DNA of 64,000 nt from Auanema rhodensis (Eukaryota > Animalia > Nematoda), in the NCBI GenBank assembly GCA_964057225.1, contig OZ059898.1:18042001-18106000 (forward strand). The letters run 5' to 3'. The stretch's first letter is position 1. Every line of letters starts with the position of its first letter. The notes under the pieces were generated by a model that was not told the origin of the DNA, ran no database searches, and worked only from the letters and a program-made list of their open reading frames with translations. Shown here piece after piece: positions 30,201-41,491 of the stretch. Both the position numbers and the translations under genes were made by a program.

Positions 30201-33200
30201 CGTGAACTTTAATTTATGCTAATTAAGTGTACACGTGATGTGCACTTGGTATGTAACTCGCTTCACGTGAAAGATAAAGAGATGCGGTTTTCAAAATTAG
30301 ATTCCGCATGTCCATATTAGTCTAAAAACAAATTTTTATTGATATTGGTGCATGGTAACCATGACTTTGAAATTTACGTGAACTTTAATTTATGCTAATT
30401 AAGTGTACACGTGATGTGCACTTGGTATGTAACTCGCTTCACGTGAAAGATAAAGAGATGCGGTTTTCAAAATTAGATTCCGCATGTCCATATTAGGCTA
30501 AAAACAAATTTTTATTGATATTGGTGCATGGTAACCATGACTTTGAAATTTACGTGAACTTTAATTTATGTTAATTAAGTGTACACATGATGTGCACTTG
30601 GTATGTAACTCGCTTCACGTGAAAGATAAAGAGATGCGGTTTTCAAAATTAGATTCCGCATGTCCATATTAGTCTAAAAACAAATTTTTATTGATATTGG
30701 TGCATGGTAACCATGACTTTGAAATTTACGTGAACTTTAATTTATGCTAATTAAGTGTACACGTGATGTGCACTTGTTATGTAACTCGCTTCACGTGAAA
30801 GATAAAGAGATGAGGTTTTCAAAATTAGATTCCCCATGTCCATATTAGTCTAAAAACAAATTTTTATTGATATTGGTGCATGGCAACCATGACTTTAAAA
30901 TTTACGTGTACTTTAATTTATGCTAATTAAGTGTACACATGATGTGCACTTGGTATGTAACTCGCTTCACGAGAAAGATAAAAAGGTGCGGTTTTCAAAT
31001 TTAGATTTCGCGTGTCCATATTAGTCTAAAAACAAATTTTTATTGATATTGGTGCATGGTAACCATGACTTTGAAATTTACGTGAACTTTAATTTATGCT
31101 AATTAAGTGTACACGTGATGTGCACTTGGTATGTAACTCGCTTCACGTGAAAGATAAAGAGATGCGGTTTTCAAAATTAGATTCCGCATGTCCATATTAG
31201 TCTAAAAACAAATTTTTATTGATATTGGTGCATGGTAACCATGACTTTGAAATTTACGTGAACTTTAATTTATGCTAATTAAGTGTACACGTGATGTGCA
31301 CTTGGAATGTAACTCGCTTCACGTGAAAGATAAAGAGATGCGGTTTTCGAAATTAAAGAGATGCGGTTTTCAAAATTAGATTCCCCATGTCCATATTAGT
31401 CTAAAAACAAATTTTTATTGATATTGGTGCATGGCAACCATGACTTTAAAATTTACGTGTACTTTAATTTATGCTAATTAAGTGTACACATGATGTGCAC
31501 TTGGTATGTAACTCGCTTCACGAGAAAGATAAAAAGGTGCGGTTTTCAAATTTAGATTTCGCGTGTCCATATTAGTCTAAAAACAAATTTTTATTGATAT
31601 TGGTGCATGGTAACCATGACTTTGAAATTTACGTGAACTTTAATTTATGCTAATTGAGTGTACACGTGATGTGCACTTGGTATGTAACTCGCTTCACGTG
31701 AAAGATAAAGAGATGCGGTTTTCAAAATTAGATTCCGCATGTCCATATTAGGCTAAAAACAAATTTTTATTGATATTGGTGCATGGTAACCATGACTTTG
31801 AAATTTACGTGAACTTTAATTTATGTTAATTAAGTGTACACATGATGTGCACTTGGTATGTAACTCGCTTCACGTGAAAGATAAAGAGATGCGGTTTTCA
31901 AAATTAGATTCCGCATGTCCATATTAGTCTAAAAACAAATTTTTATTGATATTGGTGCATGGTAACCATGACTTTGAAATTTACGTGAACTTTAATTTAT
32001 GCTAATTAAGTGTACACGTGATGTGCACTTGGTATGTAACTCGCTTCACGTGAAAGATAAAGAGATGCGGTTTTCAAAATTAGATTCCCCATGTCCATAT
32101 TAGTCTAAAAACAAATTTTTATTGATATTGGTGCATGGTAACCATGACTTTGAAATTTACGTGAACTTTAATTTATGCTAATTAAGTGTACACGTGATGT
32201 GCACTTGGTATGTAACTCGCTTCACGTGAAAGATAAAGAGATGCGGTTTTCAAAATTAGATTCCCCATGTCCATATTAGTCTAAAAACAAATTTTTATTG
32301 ATATTGGTGCATGGCAACCATGACTTTAAAATTTACGTGTACTTTAATTTATGCTAATTAAGTGTACACATGATGTGCACTTGGTATGTAACTCGCTTCA
32401 CGAGAAAGATAAAAAGGTGCGGTTTTCAAATTTAGATTTCGCGTGTCCATATTAGTCTAAAAACAAATTTTTATTGATATTGGTGCATGGTAACCATGAC
32501 TTTGAAATTTAAGTGAACTTTAATTTATGCTAATTAAGTGTACACGTGATGTGCACTTGGTATGTAACTCGCTTCACGTGAAAGATAAAGAGATGCGGTT
32601 TTCAAAATTAGATTCCGCATGTCCATATTAGTCTAAAAACAAATTTTTATTGATATTGGTGCATGGTAACCATGACTTTGAAATTTACGTGAACTTTAAT
32701 TTATGCTAATTAAGTGTACACGTGATGTGCACTTGGAATGTAACTCGCTTCACGTGAAAGATAAAGAGATGCGGTTTTCAAAATTAGATTCCCCATGTCC
32801 ATATTAGTCTAAAAACAAATTGTTATTGATATTGGTGCATGGTAACCATGACATTGAAATTTACGTGAACTTTAATTTATGCTAATTAAGTGTACACATG
32901 ATGTGCACTTGGTATGTAACTCGCTTCACGAGAAAGATAAAAAGATGCGGTTTTCAAATTTAGATTTCGCGTGTCCATATTAGTCTAAAAACAAATTTTT
33001 ATTGATATTGGTGCATGGTAACCATGACTTTGAAATTTACGTGAACTTTAATTTATGCTAATTAAGTGTACACGTGATGTGCACTTGGTATGTAACTCGC
33101 TTCACGTGAAAGATAAAGAGATGCGGATTTCAAAATTGGATTCCTCATGTTCATATTAGTCTAAAAACGAATTTTTATTGATATTGATGCATGGTAACCA

Positions 33201-34380
33201 TGACTTTAAAATTTACGTGAACTTTAATTTATGCTAATTAAGTGTACACGTGATGTGCACTTGGTATGTAACTCGCTTCACGTGAAAGATAAAGAGATGC
33301 GGTTTTCAAAATTAGATTCCCCATGTCCATATTAGTCTAAAAACAAATTTTTATTGATATTCGTGCATGGTAACCATGACTTTGAAATTTACGTGAACTT
33401 TAATTTATGCTAATTAAGTGTACACATGATGTGCACTTGGTATGTAACTCGCTTCACGAGAAAGATAAAAAGATGCGGTTTTCAAATTTCGATTTCGCGT
33501 GTCCATATTAGTCTAAAAACAAATTTTTATTGATATTGGTGCATGGTAACCATGACTTTGAAATTTACGTGAACTTTAATTTATGCTAATTAAGTGTACA
33601 CGTGATGTGCACTTGGTATGTAACTCGCTTCACGTGAAAGATAAAGAGATGCGGTTTTCAAAATTAGATTCCCCATGTCCATATTAGTCTAAAAACATAT
33701 TTTTATTGATATTGGTGCATGGTAACCATGACTTTGAAATTTACGTGAATTTTAATTTATGCTAATTAAGTGTACACATGATGTGCACTTGGTATGTAAC
33801 TCGCTTCACGAGAGATGCGGATAAAGAGATGCGGTTTTCAAAATTAGATTTCGCATGTCCATATTAGTCTAAAAACAAATTTTTATTGATATTGGTGCAT
33901 GGCAACCATGACTTTAAAATTTACGTGTACTTTAATTTATGCTAATTAAGTGTACACATGATGTGCACTTGGTATGTAACTCGCTTCACGTGAAAGATAA
34001 AGAGATGCGGTTTTCAAAATTAGATTCCTCATGTCCATATTAGTCTAAAAACAAATTTTTATTGATATTGGTGCATGGCAACCATGACTTTAAAATTTAC
34101 GTGTACTTTAATTTATGCTAATTAAGTGTACACATGATGTGCACTTGGTATGTAACTCGCTTCACGTGAAAGATAAAGTGATGCGGTTTTCAAAATTAGA
34201 TTCCGCATGTCCATATTAGTCTAAAAACAAATTTTTATTGATATTGGTGCATGGTAACCATGACTTTGAAATTTACGTGAACTTTAATTTATGCTAATTA
34301 AGTGTACACGTGATGTGCACTTGGTATGTAACTCGCTTCACGTGAAAGATAAAGAGATGCGGTTTTCAAAATTAGATTCC
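24297..34380. repeat. Block duplication in array A, offset 7067 bp (40 monomers + 27): ~24297-27310 and ~31364-34380
   Basis: Private variants recur exactly 7067 bp apart: TTAGGCT 24684/31751, TTTAAGTG 25444/32511, GACATTG 25784/32851, GCGGATT 26060/33127, ATTCGTG 26295/33362, TTCGATT 26423/33490, and the +4 replacement at 26744/33811. Confidence 0.92.
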
Positions 34381-37300
34381 CATGTCCATATTAGTCTAAA
34401 AACAAATTCTTATTGATATTGGTGCATGGTAACCATGACTTTGAAATTTACGTGAACTTTAATTTATGCTAATTAAGTGTACACGTGATGTGCACTTGGT
34501 ATGTAAGTCGCTTCACGTGAAAGATAAAGAGATGCGGTTTTCAAAATTAGATTCCCCATGTCCATATTAGTCCAAAAACAAATTTTTATTGATATTGGTG
34601 CATGGCAACCATGACTTTAAAATTTACGTGTACTTTAATTTATGCTAATTAAGTGTACACATGATGTGCACTTGGTATGTAACTCGCTTCACGAGAAAGA
34701 TAAAAAGGTGCGGTTTTCAAATTTAGATTTCGCGTGTCCATATTAGTCTAAAAACAAATTTTTATTGATATTGGTGCATGGTAACCATGACTTTGAAATT
34801 TACGTGAACTTTAATTTATGCTAATTAAATGTACACGTGATGTGCACTTGGTATGTTACTCGCTTCACGTGAAAGATAAAGAAATGCGGTTTTCAAAATT
34901 AGATTCCCCATGTCCATATTAGTCCAAAAACAAATTTTTATTGATATTGGTGCATGGCAACCATGACTTTAAAATTTACGTGTACTTTAATTTGTGCTAA
35001 TTAAGTGTACACATGATGTGCACTTGGTATGTAACTCGCTTCACGTGAAAGATAAATGGATGCGGTTTTCAAAATTAGATTCCCCATGCCCATATTAGTC
35101 TAAAAACAAATTTTTATTGATATTGGTGCATGGTAACCATGACTTTGAAATTTACGTGAACTTTAATTTATGCTAATTAAGTGTACACATGATGTGCACT
35201 TGGTATGTAACTCGCTTCACGTGAAAGATAAATGGATGCGGTTTTCAAAATTAGATTCCCCATGCCCATATTAGTCTAAAAACAAATTTTTATTGATATT
35301 GGTGCATGGTAACCATGACTTTGAAATTTACGTGAACTTTAATTTATGCTAATTAAGTGTACACGTGATGTGCACTTGGTATGTAACTCGCTTCACGTGA
35401 AAGATAAAGAGATGCGGTTTTCAAAATTAGATTCCGCATGTCCATATTAGTCTAAAAACAAATTTTTATTGATATTGGTGCATGGTAACCATGACTTTGA
35501 AATTTACGTGAACTTTAATTTATGCTAATTAAGTGTACACGTGATGTGCACTTGGAATGTAACTCGCTTCACGTGAAAGATAAAGAGATGCGGTTTTCAA
35601 AATTAGATTCCCCATGTCCATATTAGTCTAAAAACAAATTTTTATTGATATTGGTGCATGGCAACCATGACTTTAAAATTTACGTGAACTTTAATTTATG
35701 CTAATTAAGTGTACACATGATGTGCACTTGGTATGTAACTCGCTTCACGTCAAAGATAAAGAGATGCGGTTTTCAAAATTAGATTCCGCATGTCCATATT
35801 AGTCTAAAAACAAATTTTTATTGATATTGGTGCATGGTAACCATGACTTTGAAATTTACGTGAACTTTAATTTATGCTAATTAAGTGTACACGTGATGTG
35901 CACTTGGAATGTAACTCGCTTCACGTGAAAGATAAAGAGATGCGGTTTTCAAAATTAGATTCCCCATGTCCATATTAGTCTAAAAATAAATTTTTATTGA
36001 TATTGGTGCATGGCAACCATGACTTTAAAATTTACGTGAACTTTAATTTATGCTAATTAAGTGTACACATGATGTGCACTTGGTATGTAACTCGCTTCAC
36101 GTCAAAGATAAAGAGATGGGGTTTTCAAAATTAGATTCCCCATGTCCATATTAGTCTAAAAACAAATTTTTATTAATATTGGTGCATGGTAACCATGACT
36201 TTGAAATTTACGTGAACTTTAATTTATGCTTATTAAGTGTACACGTGATGTGCACTTGGTATGTAACTCGCTTCACGTGAAAGATAAATGGATGCGGTTT
36301 TCAAAATTAGATTCCCCATGCCCATATTAGTCTAAAAACAAATTTTTATTGATATTGGTGCATGGCAACCATGACTTTAAAATTTACGTGTACTTTAATT
36401 TATGCTAATTAAGTGTACACATGATGTGCACTTGGTATGTAACTCGCTTCACGTCAAAGATATAGAGATGCGGTTTTCAAAATTAGATTCCCCATGTCCA
36501 TATTAGTCTAAAAACAAATTTTTATTAATATTGGTGCATGGTAACCATGACTTTGAAATTTACGTGAACTTTAATTTATGCTTATTAAGTGTACACGTGA
36601 TGTGCACTTGGTATGTAACTCGCTTCACGTGAAAGATAAAGGGATGCGATTTTCAAAATTAGATTCCCCATGTCCATATTAGTCTAAAAACAAATTATTA
36701 TTGATATTGGTGCATGGTAACCATGACTTTAAAATCAACGTGAACTTTAATTTATGCTAATTAAGTGTACACATGATGTGCACTTGGTATGTAACTCGCT
36801 TCACGTCAAAGATAAACAGATGCTGTTTTCAAAATTAGATTCCCCATGTCCATATTAGTCTAAAAACAAATTTTTATTGATATTGGTGCATGGTAACCAT
36901 GACTTTGAAATTTACGTGAACTTTAATTTATGCTAATTAAGTGTACACATGATGTGCACTTGGTATGTAACTCGCTTCACGTGAAAGATAAAGAGATGCG
37001 GTTTTCAAAATTAGATTCCGCATGTCCATATTAGTCTAAAAACAAATTTTCATTGATATTGGTGCATGGTAACCATGACTTTGAAATTTACGTGAACTTT
37101 AATTTATGCTAATTAAGTGTACACATGATGTGCACTTCGTATGTAACTCGCTTCACGAGAAAGATAAAAAGATGCGGTTTTCAAATTTAGATTTTGCGTG
37201 TCCATATTAGTCTAAAAACAAATTTTTATTGATATTGGTGCATGGTAACCATGACTTTGAAATTTACGTGAACTTTAATTTATGCTAATTAAGTGTACAC

Positions 37301-40300
37301 GTGATGTGCACTTGGTATGTAACTCGCTTCACGTGAAAGATAAAGAGATGCGGTTTTCAAAATTAGATTCCTCATGTTCATATTAGTCTAAAAACGAATT
37401 TTTATTGATATTGATGCATGGTAACCATGACTTTAAAATTTACGTGAACTTTAATTTATGCTAATTAAGTGTACACGTGATGTGCACTTGGAATGTAACT
37501 CGCTTCACGTGAAAGATAAAAAGATGCGGTTTTCAAATTTAGATTTCGCGTGTCCATATTAGTCTAAAAACGAATTTTTATTGATATTGATGCATGGTAA
37601 CCATGACTTTAAAATTTACGTGAACTTTAATTTATGCTAATTAAGTGTACACGTGATGTGCACTTGGTATGTAACTCGCTTCACGAGAAAGATAAAAAGA
37701 TGCGGTTTTCAAATTTAGATTTCGCGTGTCCATATTAGTCTAAAAACAAATTTTTATTGATATTGGTGCATGGCAACCATGACTTTAAAATTTACGTGTA
37801 CTTTAATTTATGCTAATTAAGTGTACACATGATGTGCACTTGGTATGTAACTCGCTTCACGAGAAAGATAAAAAGGTGCGGTTTTCAAATTTAGATTTCG
37901 CGTGTCCATATTAGTCTAAAAACAAATTTTTATTGATATTGGTGCATGGTAACCATGACTTTGAAATTTACGTGAACTTTAATTTATGCTAATTAAGTGT
38001 ACACGTGATGTGCACTTGGTATGTAACTCGCTTCACGTGAAAGATAAAGAGATGCGGTTTTCAAAATTAGATTCCGCATGTCCATATTAGTCTAAAAACA
38101 AATTTTTATTGATATTGGTGCATGGTAACCATGACTTTGAAATTTACGTGTACTTTAATTTATGCTAATTAAGTGTACACGTGATGTGCACTTGGAATGT
38201 AACTCGCTTCACGTGAAAGATAAAGAGATGCGGTTTTCAAAATTAGATTCCCCATGTCCATATTAGTCTAAAAACAAATTTTTATTGATATTGGTGCATG
38301 GCAACCATGACTTTAAAATTTACGTGAACTTTAATTTATGCTAATTAAGTGTACACATGATGTGCACTTGGTATGTAACTCGCTTCACGTCAAAGATAAA
38401 GAGATGGGGTTTTCAAAATTAGATTCCCCATGTCCATATTAGTCTAAAAACAAATTTTTATTAATATTGGTGCATGGTAACCATGACTTTGAAATTTACG
38501 TGAACTTTAATTTATGCTTATTAAGTGTACACGTGATGTGCACTTGGTATGTAACTCGCTTCACGTGAAAGATAAATGGATGCGATTTTCAAAATTAGAT
38601 TCCCCATGCCCATATTAGTCTAAAAACAAATTATTATTGATATTGGTGCATGGTAACCATGACTTTAAAATCAACGTGAATTTTAATTTATGCTAATTAA
38701 GTGTACACATGATGTGCACTTGGTATGTAACTCGCTTCACGTCAAAGATAAACAGATGCGGTTTTCAAAATTAGATTCCCCATGTCCATATTAGTCTAAA
38801 AACAAATTTTTATTGATATTGGGGCATGGTAACCATGACTTTGAAATTTACGTGAACTTTAATTTATGCTAATTAAGTGTACACATGATGTGCACTTGGT
38901 ATGTAACTCGCTTCACGTGAAAGATAAAGAGATGCGGTTTTCAAAATTAGATTCCGCATGTCCATATTAGTCTAAAAACAAATTTTCATTGATATTGGGT
39001 CATGGTAACCATGACTTTGAAATTTACGTGAACTTTAATTTATGCTAATTAAGTGTACACATGATGTGCACTTCGTATGTAACTCGCTTCACGAGAAAGA
39101 TAAAAAGATGCGGTTTTCAAATTTAGATTTTGCGTGTCCATATTAGTCTAAAAACAAATTTTTATTGATATTGGTGCATGGTAACCATGACTTTGAAATT
39201 TACGTGAACTTTAATTTATGCTAATTAAGTGTACACGTGATGTGCACTTGGTATGTAACTCGCTTCACGTGAAAGATAAAGAGATGCGGTTTTCAAAATT
39301 AGATTCCTCATGTTCATATTAGTCTAAAAACGAATTTTTATTGATATTGATGCATGGTAACCATGACTTTAAAATTTACGTGAACTTTAATTTATGCTAA
39401 TTAAGTGTACACGTGATGTGCACTTGGTATGTAACTCGCTTCACGAGAAAGATAAAAAGATGCGGTTTTCAAATTTAGATTTGGCGTGTCCATATTAGTC
39501 TAAAAACAAATTTTTATTGATATTGGTGCATGGTAACCATGACTTTGAAATTTACGTGAACTTTAATTTATGCTAATTAAGTGTACACGTGATGTGCACT
39601 TGGTATGTAACTCGCTTCACGTGAAAGATAAAGAGATGCGGTTTTCAAAATTAGATTCCTCATGTTCATATTAGTCTAAAAACGAATTTTTATTGATATT
39701 GATGCATGGTAACCATGACTTTAAAATTTACGTGAACTTTAATTTATGCTAATTAAGTGTACACATGATGTGCACTTGGTATGTAACTCGCTTCACGTCA
39801 AAGATAAAGAGATGCGGTTTTCAAAATTAGATTCCCCATGTCCATATTAGTCTCAAAACAAATTTTTATTGATATTGGTGCATGGTAACCATGACTTTGA
39901 AATTTACGTGAACTTTAATTTATGCTAATTAAGTGTACACATGATGTGCACTTGGTATGTAACTCGCTTCACGTGAAAGATAAAGAGATGCGGTTTTCAA
40001 AATTAGATTCCGCATGTCTATATTAGTCTAAAAACAAATTTTTATTGATATTGGTGCATGGTAACCATGACTTTGAAATTTACGTGAACTTTAATTTATG
40101 CTAATTAAGTGTACACGTGATGTGCACTTGGTATGTAACTCGCTTCACGTGAAAGATAAAGAGATGCGGTTTTCAAAATTAGATTCCGCATGTCCATATT
40201 AGGCGAAAAACAAATTTTTATTGATATTGGTGCATGGTAACCATGACTTTGAAATTTACGTGAACTTTAATTTATGTTAATTAAGTGTACACATGATGTG

Positions 40301-41256
40301 CACTTGGTATGTAACTCGCTTCACGTGAAAGATAAAGAGATGCGGTTTTCAAAATTAGATTCCGCATGTCCATATTAGGCTAAAAACAAATTTTTATTGA
40401 TATTGGTGCATGGTAACCATGACTTTGAAATTTACGTGAACTTTAATTTATGTTAATTAAGTGTACACATGATGTGCACTTGGTATGTAACTCGCTTCAC
40501 GTGAAAGATAAAGAGATGCGGTTTTCAAAATTAGATTCCGCATGTCCATATTAGTCTAAAAACAAATTTTTATTGATATTGGTGCATGGTAACCATGACT
40601 TTGAAATTTACGTGAACTTTAATTTATGCTAATTAAGTGTACACGTGATGTGCACTTGGTATGTAACTCGCTTCACGTGAAAGATAAAGAGATGAGGTTT
40701 TCAAAATTAGATTCCCCATGTCCATATTAGTCTAAAAACAAATTTTTATTGATATTGGTGCATGGCAACCATGACTTTAAAATTTACGTGTACTTTAATT
40801 TATGCTAATTAAGTGTACACATGATGTGCACTTGGTATGTAACTCGCTTCACGAGAAAGATAAAAAGGTGCGGTTTTCAAATTTAGATTTCGCGTGTCCA
40901 TATTAGTCTAAAAACAAATTTTTATTGATATTGGTGCATGGTAACCATGACTTTGAAATTTACGTGAACTTTAATTTATGCTAATTAAGTGTACACGTGA
41001 TGTGCACTTGGTATGTAACTCGCTTCACGTGAAAGATAAAGAGATGCGGTTTTCAAAATTAGATTCCGCATGTCCATATTAGTCTAAAAACAAATTTTTA
41101 TTGATATTGGTGCATGGTAACCATGACTTTGAAATTTACGTGAACTTTAATTTATGCTAATTAAGTGTACACGTGATGTGCACTTGGAATGTAACTCGCT
41201 TCACGTGAAAGATAAAGAGATGCGGTTTTCAAAATTAAAGAGATGCGGTTTTCAAA
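27300..41256. repeat. Rearranged block duplication in array A: ~27.3-31.4 kb recurs at ~35.4-41.26 kb with offsets 8122, 10058 and 9882
   Basis: GATATAGAG at 28341/36463 and CACTTCGT at 29016/37138 (offset 8122). CACTTCGT occurs again at 39074 (offset 10058). CATGTCTAT 30137/40019, GATGAGG 30813/40695 and the 23-bp duplication 31341/41223 share offset 9882. Confidence 0.85.
31341..31386. repeat. 23-bp intra-monomer tandem duplication
   Basis: CGGTTTTCGAAATTAAAGAGATG is followed by CGGTTTTCAAAATTAGATTCC, shifting the register by +23. The same structure occurs at 41223-41256. Confidence 0.95.
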
Positions 41257-41290
41257 TACAAAAATTATTTCAAGATTTTTTCAAAAAAAA
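41257..41290. other. Short AT-rich linker at the junction of arrays A and B
   Basis: TACAAAAATTATTTCAAGATTTTTTCAAAAAAAA is not an in-register exact match to either monomer. Array A ends in ...GCGGTTTTCAAA and array B resumes at GAAAAAATTTTTGTCAAAATG. Confidence 0.9.
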
Positions 41291-41431
41291 GAAAAAATTT
41301 TTGTCAAAATGTTTTTGGAAGCAATGTTGAGTGTACATGGAAACTCAACATACACTAATGCATCATTTTTCAAACGATCATAACTAATTTTTGTATTAAG
41401 CGTTTCTCAAAGTAGTATAGTGCATTCGATG

Positions 41432-41491
41432 CGGATTTTTAAGCTGCGTCGATCTGTGTTATCAGATTTGCGCTAGCTTAAAAATGCACCG
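41432..41491. repeat. Long imperfect inverted repeat in each array-B monomer (first copy given)
   Basis: ATTTTTAAGCT (41435-41445) is the exact reverse complement of AGCTTAAAAAT (41475-41485). The inner pairs are GCG/CGC and ATCTG/CAGAT around a 6-nt loop, with outer CGG/CCG. Confidence 0.92.

Larger units (their letters stand above)
1..41256. repeat. Tandem satellite array A, 176-bp monomer, 234 full copies plus a partial copy; continues beyond the left edge of the window
   Basis: The monomer CGGTTTTCAAAATTAGATTCCCCATGTCCATATTAGTCTAAAAACAAATTTTTATTGATATTGGTGCATGGTAACCATGACTTTGAAATTTACGTGAACTTTAATTTATGCTAATTAAGTGTACACRTGATGTGCACTTGGTATGTAACTCGCTTCACGTGAAAGATAAAGAGATG recurs at 1, 177, ... 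2641 (15x176), 5281 and so on. The last in-register start is 41223: 41222 minus 38 bp of net indels = 41184 = 234x176. Copies differ by a few SNPs. Confidence 0.99.

Noticed and set aside
34375-34385. 1-bp deletion in a C-run (GATTCCCATG)
   Set aside because: It is a singleton homopolymer change that could be a sequencing error. It was used only for register arithmetic.
1-41256. Array A as Brassica CentBr, honeybee AluI (both ~176 bp) or alpha satellite
   Set aside because: Only the length matches. The consensus has no AAGCTT or AGCT site and no similarity that I can recognise.
41257-41290. Retroelement poly(A) tail or transposon footprint at the junction
   Set aside because: The A-run is only 8 nt, and there is no target-site duplication or element body.
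41432-41491. Calling the hairpin a miRNA, tRNA, terminator or hammerhead ribozyme
   Set aside because: There is no expression evidence, no cloverleaf, and I did not find the hammerhead CTGANGA/GAAA core arrangement. It is reported only as an inverted repeat.
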